DNA of 64,000 bases from Octopus sinensis (Eukaryota), in contig NC_043003.1 in the NCBI RefSeq assembly GCF_006345805.1, forward strand, positions 18,352,001-18,416,000, given 5' to 3'. The notes under the pieces were generated by a model, which made no database searches, was not told where the DNA came from, and saw only the letters and a program-made list of their open reading frames with translations. Shown here in pieces: positions 26,141 through 39,460 of this stretch. Each line of letters starts with the position of its first letter. The stretch's first letter is position 1. The position numbers and the translations under genes are program-made.

Positions 26141-27658
26141 TAATAATAATAATAATAAAGGCCCTTATACAGTACCAGGCAGTGGCTCTCATGGCTTCTG
26201 GTTTTAACTGATTGGAAGTGTTATCATGTACATTGTTTTGTCTTGGTATAAAAGATAGGCTAAAGCAAATATTCTGCTCAATACCACAGATTTGCTTGTC
26301 AGTTGTTTGACCATAACCAGTTGAGCATGTTGTCCCTTAGTGGTTGACGACATGTGCATCCATGAGCAGAAGTAGTGGGAGAGCATCATAGCCATGGGTT
26401 GAGAGGGATTCTTTGAGATTTGAATAATTCACCTCTGGAAACATGGGGGTTTCGTTCAACATCCTTAAACAATCCTTATTCAGGGACCTTTTGAGCGGGA
26501 TGGGTTACTCGACCAGAAGAAAATTCTAACTGGGTGCCACCTGCAAGGTCATGCACTGTTTATCTTGATATAAGATCTCCAGGTCATGCACATATGGTTG
26601 TGATGTATGTGCCTGGTGTACCCTTATCAGACAGGTAGTCATGATGGGTATACTGGGCTTTGTATATTTTACCCCAGTGTCACTGTGATGGCATGCACTG
26701 CTCTCTCACTCAATAATAATAATAATAATAATAATCATCATTTAACATCCGCTTTCCATGCTAGCATGAGTTGGACAATTTGACTGAGGGCTGGTGAACC
26801 AGATGGCTGCACCAGGCTCCAATCTTGATCTGGCAGAGTTTCTACAGTTGGATGCCCTTCCTAACGCCAGGATGCCCTTACTAACGCCAAGATGACCTTC
26901 CTAACGCCAAAAATGATGATGATGATGATGATAATGGTGATGAATATCAAATTTTAGAACAAGGCCAGCAATTCCAAGGAGAGTAGTCAGTGAATAACAC
27001 ACACACACATATAAAACCTCCTAAAATTACATAGATAAAGCCTGTACAACTCTAAAACAAAAATTTTTTAATAGTTGTTATGCACATGCAGAAATGGCAC
27101 AACATGGCAAAAAAAAAAAGAAAAGAAAACCCTAGATGCGACATAAAACAACGATTGTAACAAACTTGAAGCAGACTGTAGTAAGACTTCTGACTGTTGC
27201 TGATCAGTAGTTGTTAAGTGAGTAATCAGTACAACATCCCTGAATACACGAGTTTCTGATGTTACGGAACAAAGTCCTTATGAGACTATGTAATTACCGT
27301 ATTCTGACAGCTGTCAAGATGTTGCTTACCAGACAAGATTGGTATGCTCATGTGCTCTTTAATAAGTTGCTGTCGGTGGTGTTTAGCCCTAGGCCGATCC
27401 TGGTTGAGCAGACATACTTATGGTGAAAGGTCGTTTCATATTGTGACTGTGTGGTTTAACAAGTTCGCTTGGCAACCATGTGATTTTTGGGGTTCCACTG
27501 TGCAGCGTCTTAGACAAGTGTGTCTGCTATTATAGCCCTGGGCTGACTGATGTCTTGCAAATGAAACCGGTAGACAGAAACACTGTGGTAACCAGTTATG
27601 TGTGTGTATGCGCGTGTGTGTATGCACGTGTGTGTATGCATATGTATTATTTGTATGC

Positions 27659-27689
<31 letters not shown>

Positions 27690-27694
<5 letters not shown>

Positions 27695-29150
27695 GTATAT
27701 ATACATACAGGTGCAGGAGTAGCTGTGTTCTAAGTAGCTTGCAGCCCAACTACATGGTTCCAGGTTCAGTCCCGCTGTGAGGCACCTTGGGCAAGTGTCT
27801 TCTACTATAGCCTCAGGCCAACCAAAGCCTCTTGAGTGGATTTGGTAGGTGGAAACTGAAAGAAGCCCATCATATATATGTATGTATATATGGCATCCGT
27901 GCTAGCGGGGTGCAAAGAGCACCGTACGAGTGTGATCATTGACAGAGCGGCTATTCGAGTATGATTGTTACCAGCGTTGCCTTACTGGCACTTATGCCTG
28001 TGCTAGTAGGGTGCCAAGAACACCATCCGAGCATGATCGTTGTGATCGTTGCCAGAGCAGCCAACTAGCTTCCGTACCCGTGGCACATAAAAGGGCACCA
28101 TTCGAGCGTGATCCTTACCAACGTCGCTTCACTGACACCTGTGTCGGTGGCACGTGTAAAAAGATTCAAGCAAGGTCATTGCCAGTACTGCCTGACTGGC
28201 CCCTGTGCAGGTGGCACATAAAAAGCAGCCACTACACTCTCAGAGTGGTTGGCATTAGGAAGGGCATCCAGCTGTAGAAACTCTGCCAGGTCAAATCTGG
28301 AACCTGGTGCAGCCATCTGGTTGCCAGCCCTCATTCAAAACTGTCCAACCCATGCTAGCATGGAAAACAGACGTTAAATGATGATGATGATGATGATGGT
28401 TATGATGATATATATATATATTATATATATATATGTACGTATATATACATACAGGTGCAGGAGTAGCTGTGTTCTAAGTAGCTTGCAGCCCAACTACATG
28501 GTTCCAGGTTCAGTCCCGCTGTGAGGCACCTTGGGCAAGTGTCTTCTACTATAGCCTCAGGCCAACCAAAGCCTCTTGAGTGGATTTGGTAGGTGGAAAC
28601 TGAAAGAAGCCCATCATATATATGTATGTATATATGGCATCCGTGCTAGCGGGGTGCAAAGAGCACCGTACGAGTGTGATCATTGACAGAGCGGCTATTC
28701 GAGTATGATTGTTACCAGCGTTGCCTTACTGGCACTTATGCCTGTGCTAGTAGGGTGCCAAGAACACCATCCGAGCATGATCGTTGTGATCGTTGCCAGA
28801 GCAGCCAACTAGCTTCCGTACCCGTGGCACATAAAAGGGCACCATTCGAGCGTGATCCTTACCAACGTCGCTTCACTGACACCTGTGTCGGTGGCACGTG
28901 TAAAAAGATTCAAGCAAGGTCATTGCCAGTACTGCCTGACTGGCCCCTGTGCAGGTGGCACGTAAAAAGCAGCCACTACACTCTCAGAGTGGTTGGCATT
29001 AGGAAGGGCATCCAGCTGTAGAAACTCTGCCAGGTCAAATCTGGAACCTGGTGCAGCCATCTGGTTGCCAGCCCTCATTCAAAACTGTCCAACCCATGCT
29101 AGCATGGAAAACAGACGTTAAATGATGATGATGATGATGATGATTATGAT
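27690..29150 (+). repeat. 744-bp tandem duplication of a composite SINE unit
   Basis: Near-identical ORFs at 27939 and 28683, with one visible substitution. Junctions lie in microsatellites. Confidence 0.95.
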
Positions 29151-29154
29151 GATG

Positions 29155-29194
<40 letters not shown>

Positions 29195-29409
29195 ATGTTT
29201 GTATGTCTTTGTTTGTCCCCCCAACATCACTTGACAACTGATGGTGGTGTGTTTATGTCCCCATAACTTAGTGGTTCAGCAAAAGAGACTGATAGAATAA
29301 GTAGTAGGCTTACAAAGAATAAGTCCTGGAGTCGATTTGCGTGACTAAAGGTGGTGCTCCAGCATGGCCGCAGTCAAATGACTGAAACAAGTAAGTAAAA
29401 GGGAAATGA

Positions 29410-29870
29410 TTTAGAGCTTTTGTGAAGAAAGGAAGTAAGTCTGAAAGCTTAGCTCACTATCTTCAATTCAGTGCTCATGCTGACCACTGCCTATGGTCAT
29501 AAATCTTGGCTAATGATCAAAAGAATACAATTTGCGAATACAAGTTACTGAAATGGGGTTCCTTCGAAGGGTCTTTGGAGTAATGAGACTCAATAGAATG
29601 CACTAATAAATCCCCTATTTCTTTGAATTGAGAAATCACAGCTCCAATACTACAGGCATGTGGTAAGAATGTCCCATGAAGGAACCACTGGACATATTTT
29701 ATGGGCAAACCCAGCCAGCAGGAGAACAGAGGAGGACCACGAACAAGATGGTTGGATAACATCCAGGTCTTTGATTGGTCTTGTTTGGGGATCCAGTCAA
29801 ATCAATTGAAGATGGTCGCTTCTGACAGGGCCCAATGAAAGGCATGCTCTGAGGACTCTACTCCCATGAC
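29410..29870 (+). pseudogene. RTE-type non-LTR retrotransposon ORF 3' remnant
   Basis: Frameshifted motifs TIFNSVLMLTTAYG, RIQVTEMGFLRRVFGV, QLQYYRHVVRM and RGGPRTRWLDNI. Confidence 0.8.
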
Positions 29871-31089
29871 CCTTCCACAAATAAGTGGGTAAAGAAGCCG
29901 AGATGAGATATTCTGTCATATGCATGGCATGTAACAGATTATACCAACACCTGTTACACACACACACATTTGTATACACATTAACAATCCCTCTTTGCTG
30001 TTGTTGATTACTATCAGCCAGAACTGCAGGCATTTGTTTCATGGGATATGGCTAGATGTCCATGGTATTAAGTTTATATTTTGTTTTATCATTATATCTT
30101 GACAATCTTTTGTCAATATTCCTTTTGGTTTATGATTATACAGCTGTGCATGCATGCACGTGTGTGTATATGTCGAGTGTACTTTTATTATCATTATTAT
30201 TATTATTATTGTTATTATTGGGGGCAGTGGTAGTAGTGGTGGTGGTGGCAGTGGTGGTTGTAGAAGAAGAAGAAGAAGAAGAAGAAGAAGAAGAAAAAGA
30301 AATAAAACTATAGGCATTTTAAATAGTTTTCCAGCTTGTGGACTTTTACATCTGTTGAGAGAAAGAAAGGGAGAGAGAGAGAGAGAGGAAGAGTGTGCAC
30401 GTGTGTGTGTGTGTGTGCATATGAGTGGTTAGAATAAGTTTCAAACAACAAAACCATATGCATTTTAAATAGTTTTCCAGCTTACGGATTTCCACACCTG
30501 GAGAGAGAAGAGGTGGGAGTGAGACAGGTGGGAGTGTGTAGTAGTAGTAGTAGTAGTAGTAGCAGCAGCAGTAGTAGTAGTAGTAGCAGCAGCAGTAGTA
30601 GTAGTGGTGGTGGTGGTGATGGTGTCAGAAAACAGTTTTTCCATCTTATGGATTTCTACATCTGTTGAATCTGTTAAGAGCATTCAAAAGTCTGTTTATT
30701 TTGCGAATATTCTTCACTTACTTCCGATAGTGTTTTTGAAATGGCTAAAACACATGTGAAGTGCCAAATATAGATACACAGTTTGGGTAACAATGAAAGC
30801 TTTACGTTTTTTTTTTGTTTTTCCTGCCGACAAGTTTTAGTTATTTTCCTTTCTCATAGACAATACAAACCATTTTTTTTTTCCCTGTTTCTTTCTTGTC
30901 TTTTTGTTTGTCTTTTTGTTTTCGCTTCATTGCGATCTTATTGACTGTAGATATAAACTATCTAAAAAGCAAGGTGGTGTTTGATGGAATTTTGGACAAC
31001 CTGAAGTGTTTTGGGTGACATCAGACCAAGATTATTCATAGCTATTGTAGCACTTCCCATTCTGAAATGATATCTACATTCTGTTTTTT

Positions 31090-31503
31090 GTGGCTGTGTG
31101 GTAAGAAGCTTGCTTCCCAGCCTCATGGTTCAGAGTTCAGTCCCATTGCATGGCACCTTGGGCATGTGTCTTCTACTACAGCCTCAGGCCAACCAAAGCC
31201 TTGTGAGAGGATTTCGTAGACAGAAACTGAAAAGAAACCTGGTGGTATTAGCCTGTCGTATATATATTTGTATATATTTATGTGTGTGTGCTTGTGTCTG
31301 TGTTTGTCTACCCCACCACCATCACAGCTTGACAACCGGTGTGGGTGTGTTTACGTCCCCATAACTTAGCAGTTCAGTAAAAGAGACCAATAAAGTAAGT
31401 ACTAGGCTTAAGAAATAAGTCCTAGGGTTGATTTGCTTGACTAAAACCCTTCAAGGTGGTGTTCCAGCATGGTCACAGTCAAATGACTGAAACAAGTAAA
31501 AGA
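31090..31503 (+). mobile_element. tRNA-derived SINE, family A (diverged)
   Basis: Head, core and tail are recognisable. Confidence 0.85.
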
Positions 31504-31508
31504 ATTTA

Positions 31509-31558
<50 letters not shown>

Positions 31559-33029
31559 CACACACACACACATATATACATACATATTTATGTGTATGTG
31601 TATATTTATATATGTGTACATATATCATTATCATCATAACCATTTAATGTCCATTAACCATGCTAACATGGATTGGACAGTGTGTGTGTGTGTGTGTATA
31701 TGTATCCAATCGTGGCCGTTTGCCAGCCACGCCTGGCACGTAAGAAAGCACCCACTACACTCACGGAGTGGCTGGCGTTAGGAAGGGCATCCAGCCGTAG
31801 AAACATTGCCAGATCAGACTGGGCCTGGTGCAGCCTTCTGGCTTCCCAGACCCCAGTTGAACCGTCCAACCCATGCTAGCATGGAAAGCGGATACTAAAC
31901 GGTGATGATGATATATATATATATATTTGCATGTATGAATGTATCTATGTATATGTTGTACATATATAAATATTTGTGTGCATGAACGTATCTATGTATA
32001 TGTTTGTATGTATGTAACTATATATCAATCTGTATGTATGTATGTATGTATGTATGTATGTATGTATGTATGTATGTATGTATGTATGTATGTATAATGT
32101 AGTATAAGGCAAGCTGGCAGAATCATTAGTGTGTCGGTAAAAATGTTTAGAGGCATTTCATCTGGTCTTACATTCTGAGTTCAAATTCTGCTGAGGTTAA
32201 TTTTGCTTTACATCCCTCCAGAGCTGATAAAATAAATCCCAGTTGACCAATGATGGTTAATATAATCAATTTACCCCCTCTCCCAAAACTGCTGGCCTTG
32301 TGTCAAAATTTGAAACCAATATAGTATAATATAAGGAACGCTGGCAGAATCATTAGAGCATCTGTAAAAAACGCTTAGTGGCATATCTTCTGGATTTATG
32401 TTTTTAGTTCAAATTCCACCAAGGTCAACTTTGCTTTTCATTCTCCAGGGATCTATAAAATACGTAGCAGCAAGCACTGGGAGTAAATATAATCAATAAG
32501 ACCCCCTTCTCTCAAAATTTCAGGCCTTTTGTCTATAGTAGAAAGAAGTATATATAGTTGGCAACACTGCTTATACATTGAAACATTTATATTCATGGAG
32601 CACAGTGCTGGAACATGTATTATGCAGTCTTGCTCAGTTGCGTAGTATTAGCATAATATATGCAGCTTTCTAGTAGTTGTTCAGTTAATGGGCGGGGGTG
32701 GGGGTGTTTTGGATGTAGTGGAGGTCTTATGGGTTGTCACTGTGGCAGGTTTGGCATGTCGGTAAGTTTGGCATGTTAGCAGGTTTGGCATGTTGGTAGG
32801 TTTGACATGTTTTTATTGTTGAAGTATAATGCAGAAACATAAAATGGTGAGTAGGTGGGAATGGGAAGTTTAGGAGTAGTGCATTGTAAAGATTTTGAAC
32901 ACTTTTAATAAGTGTGGATTCTGGTGTTCAGTGTTGGGGTTGTAAGACTAGAGGTTTAGGAAGTAAGGGGAGAATAACCAATTCAACTGGGTTGAGTTTC
33001 TGGTTCATTTCAGACGATAATTTTGTAGT

Positions 33030-33445
33030 TTGAAAAGTGCTTTGTGAGTGGGAAATGAGAGAAGTTTCTTCCCTTATTAATGATGTTTGCTGACAAAGAC
33101 AATATTTTAAACTTCTCTTTAATGTAGAGAATATACTTAATACTCTATTCATAAAATTTAATGATTTCTGTAATAGAACTTCAGTTTATAAAAAGGTTAG
33201 TCACTCAGCAGTCTTTCAGGTTCCATATTAGCTGGGATAATGTCGTCATATTGCACATGCTTTTGTTGCTGAATGACACCATATGTTGTACAAATCTTGT
33301 TTTTAAGGTATTTCTTGTTAGTTCCATGTAGGTCATTATTATGTCGTCTCCATTGGGGATGTCGGCTGTGTACACCAGTTTCTTCTCAAGTTTATTTGTT
33401 GTTTAAAGTGGGGAAGGGTCTTCGGTTACATTGATCATTGTGACA
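33030..33445 (-). pseudogene. GIY-YIG endonuclease remnant of a Penelope-like (Naiad-type) element
   Basis: Frameshifted CNRR, LVYTADI and TYMELTRNTLKTRFVQHMVSF...TTLSQLIWNLKD. Confidence 0.75.
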
Positions 33446-33774
33446 AAGTGAAAATGTCGCTGATGTGAGAAATGGTGTTTGTATGAATATGTGAGTGTGT
33501 ATGTGTGTGTGTATGTGTGTGTGCATGTGTATGAGTGACACATATATTAATGTATATATGTATTTAAGCATATCTATTTTTACATACATATATAGATAGT
33601 AGAGAGATCGGATTAGTAGACAAACAGATAGATAGATGATGTTAATGTGTGCATACATGTATGTGTAAATGCATGTGTGTCTGTTCACAAAAATTCCAAA
33701 GCACCTTCATGCGCACACATATGCATGTGTATGTGTGTGTGCATGCACACGCGCATATGTATGTACAACACAAA

Positions 33775-33805
<31 letters not shown>

Positions 33806-35099
33806 TCTCAGCAATCGTTTAGTGTATGTTTCATGCATCTAGTGTATACCAATAGTGTAAATTTCCTCACACACATATATTTTCTCCTTCTCTCTCTCTC
33901 CTTATTTATATCTGGTATTATTTCTCTCCCCTCTTCTCTCTCTATATATACATTATATATAATGAACAACAAAGCCTCTGAGCGATCGCTCAAAATGTTT
34001 GAAATAGCAACCAAATCTCCCTCAAATTATCCCCTTACAATCTAAAAAAAAAGTGGGTGGGGAGCACCTTTCACAGTGAAGTCCTTAATACACAAAAAGA
34101 CAAACTGATCACCGCTTAAACACCTTTTATCATAGACTAATCTGGAGCCCCGCAACTACAGCTAAGGGTAACTGTGCATAGCAGATCGATCTGCAAAAAT
34201 TAGCAGTCCAAACTCCGGTAAAATTCACCTCCCAGCCTTCGAACCGAAAGAAGACGTTTGAGGACTGAGCCCTTGGTATACACAAGGATTGGTAGAACGC
34301 GTTCGTGGAAGGTTTATTGACTCAAAACAACCAGCAAAATCTTTTTTAAAAATATGTATCCTACCGCCTTAACGAAGACAGATCACCGTATACTAAAAAC
34401 AATGTTAATGCCAAATACGATATGTTTAAAATAGCGTGTCGATAGAATGTCAGCAATAAAGTCAATATGACCCGCAGAATGTGTCCATGGATGATTAAGA
34501 AGTTTCCAGTTTAGAGATCCTGATAGCTATTGTTTTTCTCTTCAGTACATTTTAATATGGCTACCCACCATGGTTTCCCAACATCAAACAATAAATTATG
34601 AGAACTGAAGCTTCCCAGAGATTCATCGCAAAAGTCAACCTGTTTATTCATACTTTACGCTTTAGTTTGTTAGAGAGAAGGAGGAGGTGGATTGAGAGAG
34701 AGGAAGAGAGAATGTGAGAGTGAGTGAGAGAGCAGATAGCCAGTCGATGCATTATGCAGTGGAAGTGAGAGGTGAATAGAAAGAGAGAAATGTTAAAAAC
34801 GTGATGAGGTAAAGTTTGTTGAAGAAGTTGAGAGAAAGAAATATAAAGTGCTTAACAGAGGGAGATTCCTGAATCATATAATATATTACTGTAAAATAAT
34901 TTAGTAAAATAAAAATGAAAATGCAAATCTTTTCTTTCTTAAATAACTTTCTCTAATTGTTTTTGTTCAGTCAAATTTCCACGGGTTCCACTAGTAAATA
35001 AACGGCACAACAAATTGGTTACTGGAATCACATGAGAAAAAAATTCAAACTCTAATCCAATGCCGCCACATAACAACATATGTACAGAAAGGAAAATAT

Positions 35100-35404
35100 C
35101 CCACAACCACTGTCAAATTCGGTATCACTCACAGCTTGGAACATAGAGCCATATATGCCTTATACAAAAATCAAGCTCATATCACGTAACATTGTATACT
35201 TCAATTAGTCCTACTTTATTCAACATTATCCTGGAAGAAATCAAAGAAAAAGACCCCAGTTACATTCATAAGGTATCTGGACCAATTCCAGATAAACCAC
35301 TGACACCCAGATACATTTCAGCCAACAACAACTCCCAGCTTGAATGCGCTCCGAGACCCAAAACACAACGTAAAAGACTATTCCAAGTGGTATTATTAAG
35401 TTAG
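35100..35404 (+). pseudogene. Decayed LINE reverse transcriptase fragment
   Basis: ISPTLFNIILEE resembles the RT LSP.LFN motif. Confidence 0.55.
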
Positions 35405-35467
35405 ACAAGGCCCGGACCAGTAATAGCCAAAAGGTATCTAGATTATCTAAGTATTTAAGTCATTACA

Positions 35468-36172
35468 CAGCTACCCTCGTTTATCATGGATCCTTCCCCC
35501 ATCACCACAAGAAAATCTACTGTGTTAAATGAGTCAGTGATAAATTAACAATAGAACATATGGGTGGAGAGACCTCCTTTGGTAATGAATGACCATGGGA
35601 TTGCACCTAGTAAGTTACCCTCCGAGGGCAAGGTTATTTATGGAAGACCAGCAGTCACCCATGCATACCAGCCTCCCCTCTCCACACCACTGATGTTATC
35701 TAAGGGAAAGGCAAAGGCCGATACAATTTGGCACCAGTGATGTTGCAACTCATTTCTACAGCTGAGTGAACTGGAGCAACGGGAAATAAAGTGTCTTGCT
35801 CAAGAACACAACACACAACCCGGTCCGGGATTCGAACTCACAACCTCACGATCATAAGCTCGATGCTCTAACCACTGAGCCATGCACCTTCACAGAACAT
35901 ACGGGTATGTGTACTTAAATCCGTATTAAAAAAAAAAGGCTCGCAGCATGGTAATGAAAACACGAGCGATAATCAGTGCAGTCTGGGTAGCTGGGCATTG
36001 TGGGTGGTTGTCAGGATGCATTTTTGTGGACCAAGCAGAATCTTTCACTGATCGCCAGGCATTATGTGTTATCGTAAATCAATCCGTGATAAGTGTAACA
36101 TGGTTCACAACTGAGAGTACCGTGTAATCACGAATCAGTGATGACTGAATCAGTGATAAACGAGGATAGATG
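35468..36172. mobile_element. pogo/Tigger-like MITE with a nested SINE (35566-35893, minus strand)
   Basis: TIRs CAGCTACCCTCGTTTATCA / TGATAAACGAGGATAGATG. The SINE is flanked by the 13-bp TSD AGAACATAYGGGT. Confidence 0.78.
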
Positions 36173-36602
36173 CACTATGCAAAACACCTAAAGATAACTT
36201 AATGCATTGCGTTCATGTTTTAGAAAGTTTAAACAACTGAACTCAGATTCTATTGTTCAAAGTAACATGTAACTAACCCCGAATCACTTGGTTGTATTTC
36301 AGACAACGATTCCACCTTCCCTTTCACCATTTTCACAAGTTAATAATTTATCATGAACCGGATATTTTCATAATGGATTTTCAACTAATATAATTTAATT
36401 TCCCAAATAATAAATTCATTACGTTGGTTCTAATGTATATGGTAAAGAAGAAACCCATTAAAAATATATTCATATTTGCCACAATTATTACTGTTTCTAT
36501 GCTGTCTGCTTGACTTTAATAATATCTTCTCGATTATAATCATACAAGGCTGTCATTTAGAATAAACATTTATTTTATAAAATGATAATCCTATAACACT
36601 CT

Positions 36603-36651
<49 letters not shown>

Positions 36652-36689
36652 TGTGTGTCTGCATGAGTGTCTGCACTCATACGCACATA

Positions 36690-37250
36690 TGCATGTATGT
36701 TATGTATGTTATGTATATATGTATGTTATATATGTATGTTATGTATGTATGTATGTTATGTATGTATGTATGTTATGTATGTATGTATGTTATGTATGTT
36801 ATGTATATATGTATGTTATATATGTATGTTATGTATGTATGCATGTTATGTATGTATGTATGTTATGTATGTATGTATGTTATGTATGTATGTATGTTAT
36901 GTATATATGTATGTTATGTATGTATGTTATGTATGTATGCATGTTATGTATGTATGTATGTTATGTATGTATGTATGTTATGTATGTATGTATGTTATGT
37001 ATATATGTATGTTATGTATGTATGTATGTTATGTATGTATGTATGTATGTTATGTATGTATGTATGTTATGTATATATGTATGTTATGTATGTATGTATG
37101 TTATGTATATATGTATGTTATGTATGTATGTTATGTATGTATGTATGTTATGTATGTATGTATGTTATGTATGTATGTATGTTATGTATGTATGTATATT
37201 ATGTATGTATGTTATGTATGTATGTATATTATGTATGTATGTATGTATGT
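36690..37250. repeat. Compound (TATG)n satellite with TATGT interruptions
   Basis: GTTATGTATGTATGTAT-like units explain the three MCYV ORFs. Confidence 0.95.
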
Positions 37251-37357
37251 AATGTAAGGGCTGCGGCACTGATGCACATAAGCAGATAGGTTTTACGCTA
37301 TTTCCCCATATACCTCAGATCAGCAATTTCAATTCGTTTCCAGGGCGACTTGAGTAT

Positions 37358-37397
37358 ACATTTCCGATGAGCTGAAATAGCAGCGAAATGTCGATGT
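37358..37397 (+). ncRNA. Minimal type I hammerhead motif with CCGAUGA core
   Basis: ACAUU(U)-CCGAUGA-GCUG AAAUAG CAGC-GAAA-UG-UC-GAUGU. Confidence 0.7.
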
Positions 37398-37913
37398 CTA
37401 CTGGATTTGCTCACCTACGAGGCAATTTGTTTCACCTGGTTTTGAAGTATACAGTGTTATTTTATTTTTTTTTAACTTAACATATTAAAGGGACTTTCTC
37501 GGAACGAAAGACCGCAGCTGGAAAGCATTTACACAGAAAACATTCATTAAGTATGTAACAATAATGTTTGCATTATTAGAACTGCTTCTAACTCAAAATG
37601 CCAGCTTAACTTAAATTATTCTTATTAGTCAAAGGACACCTGTTGCTATTTTCTTGTTGGTTATATTTGTAATTGTGTACCATTTCCTCTGTTTTCTCAT
37701 TTTTTTTTTTGTCAATGTTGTCATACACATTCGCTGGCTTTCTTCCAAAAATTTAATGCTCTTAGCTTAGATTTTTGGGGCCTACCAATTTTGAACAGAC
37801 TCAAGTGTAACAGGCCGAAACTGTAATGATAGTTGGAAGCTTGACTGATGAACACAGCAGAGGGCCATGTGGAGTTACTCAGTGGTTGACGTTATTATAA
37901 TTTTATAATTATA

Positions 37914-38290
37914 CTAGCAGTATCGCCCGGCGTTGCTCGGGTTTGTTTCGACCCTTTAGAATTGGAATTTTTGAAAAGTAAAAATTTTGCATTATGTAGC
38001 TTGTTATTCTCTTTAAGTGAACATTTTTCTGGTTGAAATACACAGAAAAATGGCGACACAGCAGTCAAAAAATCGTAAAAAATATGGATTTTCATAGAAA
38101 AAAAAAGCACCTTTTTGATGTAAATAATTTTTGGTGTTAACATGGTCCGATTTGAATTTTTTCTTCTACGGAAGGAAGAGCAAGCCTTCTTCTATCATAC
38201 TCTCAATTTTGGTCAACTTGCGCTGCAGGGTCTCGGAGAAGATAGTGTTAGTTGAAGGCTACCAAACCTGCCATACACAGACAACTTTGT
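37914..38290 (-). mobile_element. Non-autonomous Helitron, 3' part
   Basis: The minus-strand end CCGAGCAACGCCGGGCGATACTGCTAG|T is identical to 48837-48864. Confidence 0.8.
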
Positions 38291-38949
38291 ACATACACAC
38301 ACTGAACAATAAGGATGAGTGCTCAACACTGCATTGATGGATAAATATTCTTTCTTTGTTGGTTAACAAGGCTACCATTGGTTTCATGCCAAGAATTCTC
38401 TGTCTTTCATCCTTTTGGGGTCGATAAAATAAGTACCAGTTGAACAATGGAGGTCGATATAATCGACTATTTCCCTCCCCCAAAATTTCAAGTACAAAGG
38501 AACATTACATATAGTAGCTAACACGCGTATTGTTGTTACCTGACAGCACCTAATCACTATTTGGTAGTTTTTGTATGTTTTTTTAACTGGTTTGTTTTTC
38601 AAAACTGGAAATATTTCCCAAAGGTAGAACATGACAAGCAATAACATGGAATAAATAAATAAATATATAAACAAACAAATAAATAAATAAAACAAAATAA
38701 ATGTCTGTAAATTAGTTGTCTGAATTCAAAGAAAACCTCTTATTTCTAAAGCGTCAGAAATGAAGGAAAAAGAAACACTTTTATTTTAATATAGGTAGAA
38801 ATAATAACTGCTCCCGTCGTCATTATCTTTACTTCTGTATTTTATGTATTCATTTTTATTATTGTTATTATTATCATTATTATTATTATTATTTGTTATA
38901 TACTTTTTAGCGGGGATGATGTGTTGTTTATTGAGTTTTCTATATTGTT

Positions 38950-39460
38950 CTCTCCTCACGAGTAATCCCAGACAATGGCGTCCACAAGGCGAAATTATAG
39001 AGAGCGATTTTATTGTGTGGACTAAACGGGAATGGAAGCACGTGACAACTTAATGATATTGTAAGGCCATACACTATGGCTGTGTGTGCATCATGTGTGT
39101 GGTCATGAAGGTGAGGGAAGGGATTTTTCATAACGTGTGTGTATGAGAAAGTGAGAGAACATGTGTGTGTATATAAGTATGCAATAGAGAGAAAAGTGAA
39201 GGGTTCTGTAGGTGAAACGGAAAGAATAAAAGGTACGCATATGTATGTGCGTATATATATATAAAGGTGTGTGATTTTATGGTGCGACTCTTATGGCGAA
39301 TCATTAAACGCAATATGCGTGTGTACGTGACGTGACTAGCCGTGGATAATAATGTTTCAAGCCTCGATGTCTTGAAATTAGTCGAGGCTTTACAATTTAT
39401 TTTAATGGATGTGTCCGAACTTCAACGACTCTCTCGTTCGTGTCACGTATCTATAGTAAC
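38950..39460. promoter_or_regulatory. CpG-containing promoter-like region
   Basis: ACAATGGCG (YY1-like, 38972), CACGTGAC (39039), CGTGACGTGA (about 39326) and an RFX X-box match GTATCTATAGTAAC (39447-39460). Confidence 0.4.

Noticed and set aside
27939-29021. Duplicated 112-aa ORFs as genes
   Set aside because: They lie within a duplicated repeat, have non-ATG starts, and show no protein motif.
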